From IMG/VR virus record IMGVR_UViG_3300035499_000522, positions 32,001-96,000 of that record: a stretch of DNA of 64,000 nt; one strand, given 5' to 3'. The stretch comes from a virus. Taxonomy: Duplodnaviria > Caudoviricetes. This document shows, in pieces, positions 39,574-52,832 of this stretch. Within the stretch, counting starts at the first letter, position 1; every line of letters starts with the position of its first letter. The notes beneath the pieces are model-generated. The model was not told the DNA's origin, did not search any database, and saw only the letters and a list, made by a program, of their open reading frames with translations. Made by a program: the position numbers and the translations under genes.

Positions 39574-40647
39574 ATGTCATTTTCTTATAATAAAGATGAA
39601 ATAAAAGAAAACCTGACAATAGAGCAAATATATGATTTATTAGCAGAATTAGGAGCAGAACCTATTCTTAAAAATAATTTGATAGTTTCACGTACAATAT
39701 GTCACGGTGGCTCAAGTCATAAACTTTATTATTATGGAAATACCAACTTATTTCGTTGTTATACAGAATGTGATGAAGTATTTGATGTGTTTCAATTAAT
39801 TCAAAAGGTTAAGAAAGTGACGTTGCCGCAAGCTATTAAATTTATAGCAAATTTCTTTGGGATACAAACTCAAGATTTAGATTTTGATGAAGAACAAAGA
39901 TTAAAAGATTGGGAAGTATTCAATAATTATGAAAGAATAAAAACAATAGATGAACATAAACAAATAGTTGAATTTAAAATATTTGATAAGAGTATTTTAA
40001 ATAATTTACCTCAGCCGCATATTTTAAACTGGGAAAGAGAAGGAATATCATATGATGTTATGAAAAATGCGGGAATCGCCTATGACCCCTCAAACCAAGG
40101 TATTGTAATCCCGCATTATGATATAAATGGAAATCTTATAGGAATAAGAGAAAGAACATTAATACAAGAGGAAGAGCAATATGGTAAATATAAACCCGCA
40201 ATATTTAATGGCATAATGTATAATCATCCTCTTGGTTTTTCATTGTATAATTTGAACAATAGTAAAGACAATATAAAGATAATGAAAAAAGCTATTATAT
40301 TTGAATCGGAGAAAGCCACATTACAATATGCTAGTTATTATGGAATTGAAAATGATATTAGTTGTGCGTGCTGTGGCAGCTCAATAATTAATTATCAAAT
40401 TCAGTTGTTGCTTTCTCTTGGCGTTCAAGAAGTAGTTATTGCTCTTGATAGACAATATAAAGAGATTGGCGATGACGAATTTAAGCATTGGACTAAAAAG
40501 TTAGAAGGCTTTAATAAGAAATTTAAAAGCTTAGTAAATATATCTTTTATATTTGACAAAGAACATAACTTAGAATATAAGATGAGCCCAGTTGACGCAG
40601 GAAAAGATACTTTTTTACATTTATTTAAAGAAAGAGTGATTTTATAA
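39574..40647 (+). CDS. DNA primase
   Basis: TICHGG...CYTEC Zn domain, IPH, GIR.R, TOPRIM FESEK and ALD. Confidence 0.85.
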   Translation: MSFSYNKDEIKENLTIEQIYDLLAELGAEPILKNNLIVSRTICHGGSSHKLYYYGNTNLFRCYTECDEVFDVFQLIQKVKKVTLPQAIKFIANFFGIQTQDLDFDEEQRLKDWEVFNNYERIKTIDEHKQIVEFKIFDKSILNNLPQPHILNWEREGISYDVMKNAGIAYDPSNQGIVIPHYDINGNLIGIRERTLIQEEEQYGKYKPAIFNGIMYNHPLGFSLYNLNNSKDNIKIMKKAIIFESEKATLQYASYYGIENDISCACCGSSIINYQIQLLLSLGVQEVVIALDRQYKEIGDDEFKHWTKKLEGFNKKFKSLVNISFIFDKEHNLEYKMSPVDAGKDTFLHLFKERVIL

Positions 40648-41030
40648 TGTATACAAGTTATTTTGCTCAATTAAAGAATCTTCCAGAAAACTTCATACCT
40701 ATTTCTATATGCGGAAAAGCACCAGAATGGTACACTGGACTTCAATATAAGAAATTCGCACCAAAGTATACTTTTTTTATGTAGTGGGAAAAAACACACG
40801 ATAATGATTATTATATAAGATGTTTTAATGAGCAAGTATTAAATAAGCTTAATATTGAAATAGTAAAACAAGATTTATTAAAATTAATTTCTACTATTGA
40901 CAATTATCAAGAGAAAGAGATATGTCTATTATGCTATGAAAAACCATCTGATTTTTGTCATAGGCATTTGGTTGCGAAATGGCTAAATGACAATGGAATT
41001 GAATGTAAAGAATGGGAGAAAAATAAATGA
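40647..41030 (+). CDS. DUF488-like protein (one TAG), missed by the ORF track
   Basis: MYTSYF...AP...LLCYEKPSDFCHRHLVA.WL. Confidence 0.8.
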
Positions 41031-42823
41031 AATATTAGCTAATTAATTAGTATGACAACTAGCCATCTACTCTTGAATTGATTTTTATGAATAGAGGAAT
41101 AAAGTAGAATGAAATTTAGGATTATATAAATACAACAGATGAAGATATAAATTCACCTTTATTATTGGGTGAAGAAAATCTAAAAAGTGCGGTAGCTATT
41201 TTATTCAAAGCAGTAAAGAATAGTGAGCAAGCTATAATCATTGTTGACCCAGATGCAGATGGATTCACAGCTTCCGCTACTTTAATTAATTATCTTCATA
41301 ACATATGTCCTTCTTGGATAGAAAATAATCTTTAGCTTTATTTTCATACAGGAAAATAGCATGGACTAGATGATTGTATAGATTATATTCTTGAAAATAA
41401 TTTTTCTTTGGTTTTAATTCCAGATGCGGGAAGTAATGACTATGAGCAGCATAAACTCTTAAAAGAAAGAGGAATCCCCGCAATAGTATTTGACCATCAC
41501 GAAGCTGAAAAAATTAGTGAGGATGCTATAATAATTAATAATTAGTTAAGTGATTATCCTAATAAATTTTTATCAGGTGTTGGAATAACATGGTAGTTCT
41601 GCCGCTATGTAGATAAAATAATCAATAAAAGCTATGCAGATTAGTATTTAGACCTTGTGGCACTTGGTAACTGTGCAGATATGATGAGCCTTACTTCAAA
41701 AGAAACAAAACATATTATTAATAAAGGATTTAAACAAATTAATAATCCTTTCATTAAATATATGGCAGACAAAAATAGCTATTCATTAGGTGATAAAGTA
41801 ACGTCAATGGGTGCCGCCTTTTATATTGTCCCTTTTATCAATGCTATTGTAAGAAGTGGAACATAGGAAGAAAAAATCTTAATATTCAATTCAATGCTTG
41901 AATACAAAGCTTATAATAAAATTCCTTCAAATAAGAGAGGACATAAACTTGGTGAAGAAGAAGAATTAGTTGTACAAGCTATTAGAACTGCTATTAATGT
42001 AAAAAATAGATAGACAAAAGAACAAGATGCAAGTATGGAATTTATTGAAAGCAGAATAGAAAAAGATAATATGCTTGAACATAAAGTGTTATTATTTTTA
42101 TTAGAAGGCGGAGAAGTGAAGAAGAATTTAGCTGGGTTAGTAGCTAATAAAATTATGGCTAAATATTAGCATCCTTGTTGTATTCTTACTAAAGCTGCTT
42201 CTGTTCCTGATGAATCAATTCCGCCTTGGGAAGATTAGCCAACTACTATTTCTTATTAGGGTTCTGCAAGAGGATGCGATATTGCGGGAGTTTCTGAATT
42301 TAAAGATATATGTGAAAATACTGGATGTATATCTTGGGCTTTTGGTCACTAGGGAGCTTTTGGTTTATCTCTTCCCGCTGATAATATTGATAAATTTGTT
42401 GCCGCAACTGATGAAGCTTTAAAAGATATGTCCTCTTAGCCTATATATTATGTTGATTGTATTTATGATGGCGATAATATAAATCCAAATGATATATTAG
42501 AAATTGCTTAGCTTGATGACTTTTGGGGAAAAGATTTTGATGAACCTTATATAGCAATAAAAGATTTAAAGATAACAGCAAATATGGTTACAATTTATAG
42601 AAAAACTACTAATACAATAAAGATTAGTTTATCAAACAATATAGATTTAATAATGTTTAAAGCATCAGAAGATGATTGCGATATTTTTCAAACAACTAAT
42701 ACAGGATACACAAAAGTGGATATAATAGGTTAGTGTAGAATAAATGAATGGAATGGCAACGTGTCACCGCAAATAGAAATAATTGATTATAATATAGTCA
42801 CTTCAAGTAAATATGACTTCTAA
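41027..42823 (+). CDS. recJ: RecJ-like DHH ssDNA exonuclease with about 19 in-frame TAGs
   Basis: DPDADG, PDAG, DHH, LSGVG, ADMM, GSARG, GH(Q)GAFG. Confidence 0.9.
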
Positions 42824-42963
42824 TATGCAGCAGGTGGCAGGGCTGCAAACCAACGTTTCTGGGAATAAAAAGAGGATTTTGAATTTTTTTATTCCCATTT
42901 TTCTTTGTTGAAAAATTCTATAATTTATGTTATAATTATTATAGAAATAAAAGGAGAAAAATA

Positions 42964-43203
42964 ATGGACAGTGCTGAATTATCTAATTTTGAATTTTTAG
43001 ATGCTATTACTATTGTTGGCTTCTTGGCTCAACTTGATAATATGGACAAAGATGAGAAAGAAACAGATTACATTCACAAAGTAATTGATTCAATAGCTAA
43101 CGAAATAGAAAAATTACATAAAGAAAATGAAATAATAATTGAATAGAATAATAAAATATTGAAGTTATTAGGAAGAAGTGAGGAATATGGAGCTAACGAA
43201 TAA
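42964..43203 (+). CDS. Small coiled-coil protein (one TAG)
   Basis: AAGGAG RBS, readthrough to TAA 43201. Confidence 0.65.
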
Positions 43204-44365
43204 GCAAGAGCAAGGACTAAAAGCGGTATTAACCAAGTATAAAAATCATTGTAAATATGCAGTGGTATCTGGCTATGCAGGTGCAGGTAAGTCGACATTA
43301 GTACGTTTCATCGTAGAAGCTTTGGATGTGGATGAAGATAAGGTAGCTTATGGCTGCTATACAGGTAAAGCCGCAGAAGTTTTGCGTAAAAAAGGAAATA
43401 AAAATGCTATGACTTTACATAAGCTATTGTATGATAGTATTCCAAAGGCGGGCGGTGGCTTCTTCCGCAAACCAAAAGTATCTTTGGAATATAACATAGT
43501 AATTGTAGATGAGGTTTCTATGGTACCTAAATCTATGGTAGACCTATTGCTAAGTTATAGGGTTTTTGTTATTTTCTTAGGTGACCCCTTTCAGCTGAGC
43601 CAGCTTGATAGAAACGACGCACATCAGCTTTTGGATACCCCTGATATATTCTTGGATGAAGTAATGCGTCAAGCTAAAGAATCTGAAATTATACGTTTAA
43701 CTATGAAAATAAGAAATATGGAAAAATTTAATTCTACTGACCAAGAAGAAGTAATGATTATTCCAAAAGAAGATTTATCAACTGGACATATGAAGTGGGC
43801 AGATATAATTCTTTGTGCTACTAATAATACAAGACATATGATGAATACTCAAATGCGAGAAATACTTGGATATAGTGGAGATATTCAAACAGGAGAAAGA
43901 ATAATTATAAAACGAAACTATTGGGAAGAGTGTAACCTAGATGGAGATGCCCTTGTTAATGGTTCTATTGGTACAATAGAAAATCCATTTGAAAGCTTTG
44001 TTCAACTTCCAAGAACCATAAAAAATGACAGACGTAATTTGCCTTTGTATTGTTGCAACTTTATTCCAGATGGCGGCAGCCCCTTTAATAATTTGGATAT
44101 TGATAAAGATTTTCTTTTAACAGGGCAGCCTTGCGTTGACTGGAGAGTATCTTATCAACTGGGAAGAATGAAGCCAAGTATGAGTGACATTCTCCCAAAG
44201 CAAGCTACTTACGGCTATGCACTTACCGTGCATTCCGCTCAAGGTAGTTAGTGGGATAAAGTTCTAGTAATAGAAGAAAGTTTTCCTTTTGATAAAAAAG
44301 AGCACGCCAGATGGCTTTATACAGCTTGTACAAGAGCAGTTTCTCGTCTTGTTCTTGTAAGATAA
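43187..44365 (+). CDS. RecD/Dda-like SF1B helicase (one TAG at 44249)
   Basis: GYAGAGKST, DEVSM, GDPFQL, HSAQGS(Q)W, WLYTACTRA. Confidence 0.9.
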
Positions 44366-44381
44366 GAATTGGAGAAATATT

Positions 44382-44648
44382 ATGACTAACAATGAAATTT
44401 TAGATAAATATAATTCTAAAGAAATAAATTGTATTTATGGATTTATGTATGGACATAAATATATTAATACTTTTGATAAAGGATTAATTCCTGATAAAAT
44501 TATTAAAATTAATAAAAAAGATTTACAATTAGGTATAAAAAATGATTGCTTTGTTTATGTTTGGGGATACCCGGGTCCAGATGCAAATATTTATAAATTT
44601 GAAGATTATGGAGAAACTTGGGCTTTTACAAAAAAGGAGCTAATATGA
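44382..44648 (+). CDS. Hypothetical protein
   Basis: GGAG RBS, ...DYGETWAFTK. Confidence 0.65.
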   Translation: MTNNEILDKYNSKEINCIYGFMYGHKYINTFDKGLIPDKIIKINKKDLQLGIKNDCFVYVWGYPGPDANIYKFEDYGETWAFTKKELI

Positions 44649-44869
44649 CTGAATTAGAAAATTTTATATATGATATAATGCGAATGAATGAAATAAAAGA
44701 AATGCCTATGCACATAAAACGTAAGGTATATAAAATTTATAAATCAAGATTATTTGATAAATTGGAAAATGAAATGTCTAAAATACTTGAAGATAATTAT
44801 AATAATTACTTTAATAGTTTTGCTAATGTAAATGATATATCTTTAGGTATTCCTGCGACTTTTAATTGA
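44645..44869 (+). CDS. Hypothetical protein
   Basis: AAGGAG RBS, ATGA overlap. Confidence 0.55.
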   Translation: MTELENFIYDIMRMNEIKEMPMHIKRKVYKIYKSRLFDKLENEMSKILEDNYNNYFNSFANVNDISLGIPATFN

Positions 44870-44947
44870 AAAATAATATAAAAAATGTTATAATTATAAT
44901 ATAAGAAATGTAATTATAACATTTTTAATTTGAAGAAGGTGAAGCTT

Positions 44948-47900
44948 ATGACCTACCCCGGTAGTATCCATAATCATACTCAAATGTCGAACTTTCGCTT
45001 GAGAGATTGCATCATAAAGGAAGAAGATTTAATCAATAGGGCAATTGAATTAAATCATTCTGTGTTGGCTATCACTGACCATGAATCAATAGCTGCCGCA
45101 GTTAGAGTAGAAAAGTTATATAAGAAAGTTAAAGAAAAAAATATCCCATTGAAAATAATTATGGGAAACGAGATTTATTTATGTAGAGATGGCTTAAATA
45201 ATGAAACTTATGTCCATGGAGAAGATAGGTATTATCATTTTATTCTTTTGAGTAAAGACTTAATTGGTTTTCAACAAATATGTGAACTTTCTACTCGTGC
45301 GTGGATGCGTAGCTATAAAAGTAGAGGTATTAGAAGAGTTCCTACATATTATCAAGATATTGTAGAAGTGATTGGGGCGAATCCCGGTCATGTTATTGGA
45401 ACAACCGCCTGTTTAGGTGGAATGTTGGCAACTCAGCTTCTTAAATATAGGGAAACAGAAGATGAAGTTTTGTGGAAAAAAATTCTTAATTGGTGTAATT
45501 TAATGAAGAATACATTTGGCGGCAAAGATTATTTCTATCTTGAATTACAGCCTTCTGAATCAAAAGAGCAAAGTTACGTCAATAGAAAATTAATTGAAAT
45601 TTCTTCAATATTAGACATAGATTATATTATAACAACGGATACACATTATTTAACCAAAGAAGATAGACCTATCCATAAAGCTTATTTAAATTCACAAGAT
45701 GGCGATAGAGAAGTCGATTCTTTTTATGCAACAACTTATCTTATGGATACAGAAGAACTTGAATCTCATTTAGAGCTTTCAAGAGAAGAATTAGATAAGG
45801 CTTATAATAACATTTTAAAAATTCAAAATCTTTGTGAAGATTATTCAATATTAAAGCCTTTAAAAATTCCAAGCTTAAAATGGAATGATTATAGTTACAT
45901 TGACGTTACAGAAGATTGGTTTGAAAAAATTCCTTATTTAAGAACTTTTTACAATTCAGATTTTATTGGAGATAGAGTCTTAGTAAAAGCAACAATAGAT
46001 GGAATTAATAAGCATTATGATTTGCAGAATAAAGAAGCATATAATGAAATAAATAGCAATCTTGAAATGACTTGGATTTCATCTAATGTAAACAAAGCAC
46101 ATTGGTCAGCTTATTATCTTAATCTTCAAAAAATAATTGATTTGTGTTGGGAAGCAGATTCAATCGTAGGTCCGGGACGTGGCTCTGGCGTTGGTTTTAT
46201 TCTTCTTTATGCTTTAGGAATTACGCAAATTAATCCTTTGCGGGAAACTACAAAGACATTCTCTTGGAGATTCCTTAACCCAGAGCGTGTATCAGTATTG
46301 GATATAGATTTTGATATTGAAGGTTCTAAGAGAGATGCTGTTCTTCATAAGTTTAGAGAATTTTACGGTGAAGATAGAGTAGCAAATGTTACAACATTCA
46401 GAACAGAAAAATCAAAATCAGCAATACTTACTGCCGCAAGAGGATTAGGAATTGATAACGATACGGCTCAGTATCTTGCAAGTTTAATTCCCTCAGATAG
46501 AGGACAGTTAAGAACTTTAAAAGAAGTTTATTATGGAGATGTCGAAAAAGATTTCAAACCTGTTTCAGCTTTTGTTAATGCTATGAATAATGAGTATCAA
46601 GATTTATGGCAAGTAGCACAAAAGATTGAAGGATTAATATGCGGAACTGGTGTACACGCAGGTGGAGTAATTTTTGTAGATGAGCCTTTTACATTATCTA
46701 CTGCATTAATGAGGGCACCAGATGGTACTATTTGTACACAGTTTGACCTCCACGATGCAGAAGATGTGAGCCTTATTAAGTATGACGCACTTTCAGTCGA
46801 GGCTATGGATAAAATACACGCTTGCTTAGATTTGCTTTGTGAACATAATTATATAGCAAAAGAAAAAACATTAAAAGAAACTTATGAAAAAGCTATTGGA
46901 ATATATAAGTTGGATAGAGATTCCGAAGATATGTGGGAAATGATTTGGAATCATAAAGTGCTTGACTTGTTCCAAATGGAAAAACAAAGCGGCGTTCAAG
47001 GTATCGCATTGGCTAAGCCAAAAAGTGTAAATGATTTAAGTGTACTTAATTCAGTTATTCGATTAATGGCACCTGATAAAGATAGTGATACTCCTTTGGT
47101 AACTTGGTCTAAGTACAGAGAGAATATTAATCTTTGGATAGCTGAAATGAGAAGATATGGATTATCAGAAGACGAAATAGATTGGCTTAGTCATCATTCT
47201 GCTGTAACACAAGGCATCTGTGAATCACAAGAAGGACTGATGCAACTCGTACAAGAGCCAAGATTAGGCGGCAATTCATTGAATTTTGCTGACCGTTGCC
47301 GCAAAGGCATAGCTAAAAAACAAGGCAAATTATTTCAAGAATGTGAAGATGAATTTTACGAGAATATAAAAAAGAATAATTGTTCTGAGAAACTTGCACA
47401 TTATGTTTGGGATGAATTACTCAAGGTACAGCGTGGCTACTCGTTTAACAGGTTGTTGTGGCCTGTACAAGCTTAACCGTTTATCAACGGGGTTAGAAAT
47501 AATTAGGTATTGGTAGTACCTGTTTCTAGCTAACGAGGGTAAAATCTCGTGTCAAATGAAAAGTAAATTAAATAAATAAGAAAGGAGGAATTTTATGGTT
47601 ATTTATAAGATGACTAATAAAATTAATGGAAAATGTTATATTGGTCAAACTAAGAATTTTAAAATTAGAATGAATGGACATAAATCAGAAGCTTTCAATC
47701 CTAATGCAGTAGGATATAAATATCCATTATCTAATGCAATTAGAAAATATGGGTGGGAAAATTTTGAGAATACTATTATTGAAGAAATTGACCCAACAGA
47801 ATCTTACGAATATGTAGATGAAAGGGAAAGATTTTATATATCTTATTATAAGTCTTTATCTAATGAAAATGGATATAATATTACTCTTGGAGGACAAGGA

Positions 47901-50012
47901 TGTCCAAAAAAACCCTTAACATATGAAGAACGCCTTCAATTAAGTAATATATTTAAAGCTGATGAAATTAAAGATATTCAACAAATGCTTAAAAATGGAG
48001 AACAAACAACCACTATTCGAGAAAAATATTATCCAAGACTTTCTGTAAGTTTTCTTGATAATATTAACAAAGGATTAAATTTTAGAAATAAAGAATGGAC
48101 ATATCCACTTCGTGCAGAAGATATATCTCGTTCTAATTATTTTACTTCTCAAGAAATAAAAGATATTAAACAAGATATTAAAGACAATATGACTTATAAA
48201 GAAATTTCTGAGAAATGGAATATAAGTTTAGGAATGCTTTCTGGTATTAATAATGGTTCTATTTGGCATGATAATAATGAAAAATATCCTTTATGTATAA
48301 AGAGTCATTCTAGAAAACAAAATCTTGAAACTTGGGTTAAATCAGTTCAATATGATTTAATGAATAGTAATTTACCTATGACAGAAATTGCTAAAAAATA
48401 TGATAAAGCATATAGCACAATTAAAAAAATAAATTATGGTCAATCGCACCATAATCCTGAATATCTTTATCCTTTAACTAAAAATAGAAAAAACTAATTT
48501 ACTTTTCAAAATGATGTATCGACTATCTGGGGTTAGACCCAGAGTACTGGAACTATTGATACGTTCTGGGAAATAGCTTGCGGCCCACGAGCCAAACTAC
48601 CAAATTGACTCGTCATAGAAAGGCTGTAAAAAATAGTCAGTTTTTAACAAAATGCACACTGCCTCGCTTACTCTCTGGTTGGTCTGCAAGAAATGAATTT
48701 AGCTTATAAAAATCCAACTTTATTTTGGAATTGTGCGTGTCTAATATCTAATAGTGGTTCTCTTGAAGATAAAGGAACTACTGATTATAATAAAATGGCT
48801 AAGGCATTGGGCAATATTATTTCCGCAGGAATTAACATATCTTTGATAGATATTAATAAATCAAAAGCAAGTTTTGAACCAAATGTTGAAGATAATAAAA
48901 TTCTTTTTGGTTTAAAAGCATTAAGTGGAATTAACTCTGAAACTATTGAAAAAATAGAACAAGGTCGTCCATATAGTGGAATAGTAGATTTTATGCGACG
49001 TTGCCCCCTTACAAAGACAACTATGATTTCCCTTATTAAAGCAGGAGCTTTTGATGAATTAGATAATCATTGGGCTTCTGAAATTAACAAAAAAGAACCA
49101 AGAAAAGTTATTATGGCTTATTATATTTCAAAAGTAAGTGAGCCAAAAACAAGAATAACATTACAAAATTTCAATGGATTGATTCAAAGAGGACTTATCC
49201 CAGAAGAATTGTCACCAGTAGTTAAAGTATTTAGTTTCAATAAATTTTTAAAAGAACATATGAAGTATAAAACTTATTATATATTCAATAGCACTTGTCT
49301 TAAATATTATTCAGATAATTTCAGTCAAGAGAAAATAGAAATTGTAAATGGCAATCCTTGTATTCTTCAAACTGAATGGGATAAAATATATCAGAATGAA
49401 ATGAACAAAGCAAGAGAATGGATAAGTAATAATCAAGCAGAAATACTTAAAAATCTTAATATGTCTTTGTTCAAAGAATCTTGGGATAAATATGCTTCAG
49501 GAAGCATTTCACATTGGGAAATGGAATCTGTATGTTTCTATTATCACGAGCACGAACTCATTAATGTAAATAATAAAAAATATGGTATAGTAGATTTTTC
49601 AAGTCTTTCCGCAGATTCAGAAGTAGAAAAAACATTTAGAAAAAATGGCAGAAGTATTCCTATTTTTAAACTTTCTAAAATAGCAGGTACAGTTATTAGT
49701 AAAGATGATAATCATTCCACAGTAACTTTATTAACAACAACAGGAGTAGTTGATGTAAAATTTTCAAAAGAATATTATGCAAATTACAATAAACAAATTT
49801 CAGAAAAAAATGATGACGGTACTAAATCAGTAGTTGAAAAAAGTTGGTTTAAACGTGGTGAAAAACTTTTGATTACAGGATTTAGAAGAGATGAGCAATT
49901 TGTAGCAAAAACATATGCGGCAACTATTGGACATCAGCTTTATAAAATAACAGACATTAATGAAGAAACTGGCGATATTACAGTAATACATGAAAGGGCG
50001 GAAGTAGCTTAA
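44948..50012 (+). CDS. dnaE: DNA polymerase III alpha; exons 44948-47453 and 48655-50012
   Basis: PHP domain HNHT, TDHE, GPGRGSG, DIDFD, HAGG. Splicing restores YSFNR-T|CA-HCLAYS. Confidence 0.93.
47454..48654 (+). mobile_element. Group I intron in dnaE with a GIY-YIG endonuclease
   Basis: P1 acaggt/gcctgt with U-G, P10 tgtg/caca, terminal G. Confidence 0.88.
47595..48497 (+). CDS. Intron-encoded GIY-YIG homing endonuclease
   Basis: VIYKMTNKINGKCYIGQT, GYNIT.GG, repeated HTH-like C-terminal units. Confidence 0.9.
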   Translation: MVIYKMTNKINGKCYIGQTKNFKIRMNGHKSEAFNPNAVGYKYPLSNAIRKYGWENFENTIIEEIDPTESYEYVDERERFYISYYKSLSNENGYNITLGGQGCPKKPLTYEERLQLSNIFKADEIKDIQQMLKNGEQTTTIREKYYPRLSVSFLDNINKGLNFRNKEWTYPLRAEDISRSNYFTSQEIKDIKQDIKDNMTYKEISEKWNISLGMLSGINNGSIWHDNNEKYPLCIKSHSRKQNLETWVKSVQYDLMNSNLPMTEIAKKYDKAYSTIKKINYGQSHHNPEYLYPLTKNRKN

Positions 50013-50566
50013 TGGAGGAATGTAAACTTATAGCTTTATTTGGTGAAAGTGGCTCTGGCAAGGATACTATTCTTAAAAAAGTTATGGATTATGACGAAGA
50101 AACTGGACTTCATAAATTCCATAAAATAGTTAAATATACATCAAGACCCAAAAGACTTGGAGAGATAGATGGAGAGGACTACATATTCCGTAGTCCCAAT
50201 ATCTTTCCTTTTGAACAAATGGTAGCAACTTCAACTTTTAATAAAGATTGGTATTATGGAGTTAATAATAATAGCTTTAAAAATGATAAAATAAATATTG
50301 GAGTATTTGATATTACAACTATTGAACAACTTATAGAAAATACTAATTATAAAATCTCACCAGTAAGAATTAAATGTAAAGATGAAATAAGATTAACAAG
50401 AGCCATTAAAAGAGAAGAACATCCAAATTGTGTAGAAATATGCAGAAGATTTTTGGCAGATAAAGAAGATTTTAACAATTTAACTTTTAATTATTGGACA
50501 ATGTATAATAATAATACTCAAGATTTAAAGCTAACAGTAACAGATTTATATAATTTCTTTGATTAA
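50012..50566 (+). CDS. gmk: Guanylate kinase-like protein
   Basis: GESGSGKD, TSRPKR.GE.DG.DY.F, WYYG. Confidence 0.8.
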   Translation: MEECKLIALFGESGSGKDTILKKVMDYDEETGLHKFHKIVKYTSRPKRLGEIDGEDYIFRSPNIFPFEQMVATSTFNKDWYYGVNNNSFKNDKINIGVFDITTIEQLIENTNYKISPVRIKCKDEIRLTRAIKREEHPNCVEICRRFLADKEDFNNLTFNYWTMYNNNTQDLKLTVTDLYNFFD

Positions 50567-50650
50567 AAAGTTATTTATAATATAAACCTATTTTGGAGGA
50601 AGTAACTCTCCTTCACTGGTTAATCCAAAACAAACAAGGAGTTAAAAATT

Positions 50651-52813
50651 ATGTATTTTATTAAAGAAAATGGAACAAAAGTAAAATTTGACAAAAGCAA
50701 AATCAAAAAAGCCATAATTGCGGCAATGCGTGATGGCGGTGTTTATCTGCCTGATATTGCTCGTATCATAGCTAATGATTCGGAAGCTTATTTTCAGAAG
50801 AACTATCCAATAGATAATGATGGAAGTATTTCAGTAACAAGAGAACAAGTTGATAAGTATATTTTTGATAGACTTATTCATTATGGGCAAAATTTGACAG
50901 CAAAATCTTATGAGGACTTTAAGACATTAAGAAAATATCAAAAGCAAGTAATGGATACTGATGAATCTATTATTAGCTTAATTGAAAATAAAAATGAATT
51001 AGTTCAAGATGAAAATTCTAATAAAGATGCTAAAGTCAATTCAACAGTAAGAGATTTAGTTGCAGGAGAAATTTCTAAATCTATTTCTCGTAGAAAAATG
51101 ATTCCCGCCCATCTTATTCACGCACACGATGAAGGTATTATTCATATTCATGACCTTGACTATTATCTTCAGCCAATGTCTAATTGCTGTCTTGTAAACA
51201 TAAAAGATATGTTGAATAACGGAACAGTAATTAATGGAGTTAAAGTAGAAAGACCTCATAGTATAAGAGTTGCTGCAACAGTAGCTACACAAATAATGGC
51301 GGCAGTTGCTTCCTCGCAGTTTGGAGGTCAGACAGTTTCCACTGCACATCTTGCTCCTTTTGTTAGAGAAAGCTATGTTAGATATCTTGAAGAAGCAAAA
51401 AAAGAATTAAATGATTTAAAAGATTATCCAGAATTTGAAAATACAGTAAAGAAAATTGCAGAATCACGTACAAAGAAAGCTGTATCAGATGCAGTACAAA
51501 CTTTACAATATCAAATTAATACACTTTGTACTTCCAATGGTCAAACACCTTTTGTTTCTATATATATGGAAATTAATGAAGAACCTGAATACGTAAAAGA
51601 AAATGCTATGCTAATTGAAGAAATTATTAAGCAGCGTTATCAAGGTTTAAAAGATAGAGAAGGTCACTGGATTACTGCTAGCTTTCCCAAGCTTTTATAC
51701 GTCCTCGACGACTATAATACATATGAAGGTTCTGAATATTTTTATATTACAGAAGCAGCCGCAAAATGTAGTGCAAAAAGATTAGTTCCAGACTATATTA
51801 GTGCTAAGCAAATGAGAAAAAATACTGGCGGTTATGTGTACCCTTGTATGGGCTGCCGCAGCTTCTTATCACCTTGGTTTGATGAAAATGGCAATGCCAA
51901 ATTCTACGGAAGATGGAACGGTGGAGTTGTAACAGTAAACTTAGTAGACGCTGCGTTATCAGCAGAAGGTGATTTAGACGAGTTCTGGAGAATCCTTAAA
52001 GATAGATGCCAGCTTTGTAAAGAATCTTTACTTTTGAGAATTCAAAAGCTTGAAAAAGCAACTCCAGATGTTGCTCCTATTCTTTGGAGAGATGGAGCAT
52101 TGGCTAGACTTAAAAAGGGAGAAACAATAGATTCAATGACACAGAATGGCTATTGTTCTTTAAGTTTAGGATATATAGGAATTGCAGAAGCTTGCTATGC
52201 CCTTATTGGTGAAAGTAATACATCAGAAGAAGGTAGTAAGTTGGCTTTGGATATAATTAAATTTTTAAATAATTTATGTGCAGAGTGGAAAAAAGATACA
52301 GGATATGGATTCTCGTTATATGGCTCTCCTGCAGAATCTACTACATATACTTTTGCTAAAACAACTAAGAATCGCTTTGGCGAAATCCCTAATGTTACAG
52401 ATAAATTATATCTTACCAATAGCTATCATGTAAAGGTTACTGAACCTATTGATGCTTTTTCTAAACTTAAATTTGAATCGCAATTTCAGAAATACTCTAA
52501 TGGCGGTTGCATTTCATATGTAGAAATACCTAATATGCAGAACAATATTCCTGCTGTTATTCAATTAATTCAGTATATTTATGAAAATATTCAATATGCA
52601 GAATTAAATTGTAAATCTGATAAATGCGAAAACTGCGGCTATGAGGGAGAAATAATTACAGATGAAAATCTTGAATGGTATTGCCCACAGTGTGGATGCA
52701 AAGACCATGACTTAATCCACGTTGCACGACGGACTTGTGGCTACTTGGGGTCAAATTTCTGGAATAAAGGTAGGACGCAGGAAATAACCGAGAGAGTTGT
52801 CCACTTAGACTGA
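50651..52813 (+). CDS. nrdD: Anaerobic ribonucleoside-triphosphate reductase
   Basis: ATP cone, HIHDLD, NCC, MGCRS, RRTCGYLG. Confidence 0.95.
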   Translation: MYFIKENGTKVKFDKSKIKKAIIAAMRDGGVYLPDIARIIANDSEAYFQKNYPIDNDGSISVTREQVDKYIFDRLIHYGQNLTAKSYEDFKTLRKYQKQVMDTDESIISLIENKNELVQDENSNKDAKVNSTVRDLVAGEISKSISRRKMIPAHLIHAHDEGIIHIHDLDYYLQPMSNCCLVNIKDMLNNGTVINGVKVERPHSIRVAATVATQIMAAVASSQFGGQTVSTAHLAPFVRESYVRYLEEAKKELNDLKDYPEFENTVKKIAESRTKKAVSDAVQTLQYQINTLCTSNGQTPFVSIYMEINEEPEYVKENAMLIEEIIKQRYQGLKDREGHWITASFPKLLYVLDDYNTYEGSEYFYITEAAAKCSAKRLVPDYISAKQMRKNTGGYVYPCMGCRSFLSPWFDENGNAKFYGRWNGGVVTVNLVDAALSAEGDLDEFWRILKDRCQLCKESLLLRIQKLEKATPDVAPILWRDGALARLKKGETIDSMTQNGYCSLSLGYIGIAEACYALIGESNTSEEGSKLALDIIKFLNNLCAEWKKDTGYGFSLYGSPAESTTYTFAKTTKNRFGEIPNVTDKLYLTNSYHVKVTEPIDAFSKLKFESQFQKYSNGGCISYVEIPNMQNNIPAVIQLIQYIYENIQYAELNCKSDKCENCGYEGEIITDENLEWYCPQCGCKDHDLIHVARRTCGYLGSNFWNKGRTQEITERVVHLD

Positions 52814-52832
52814 GGTACAGGAGATATTATCA

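Noticed and set aside
41027-42823. RecJ, endolysin, tail genes and others as pseudogenes
   Set aside because: All interruptions read are TAG with no frameshifts, catalytic motifs are intact and a CUA tRNA is encoded.
47454-48654. Naturally split DnaE, or inteins in dnaE and gyrB
   Set aside because: The inserts contain stops and show P1 U-G pairs and a terminal G. RNA splicing restores the conserved motifs exactly.
50592-50630. Riboswitch upstream of nrdD
   Set aside because: Only a short hairpin is visible, with no aptamer consensus I can recognise.
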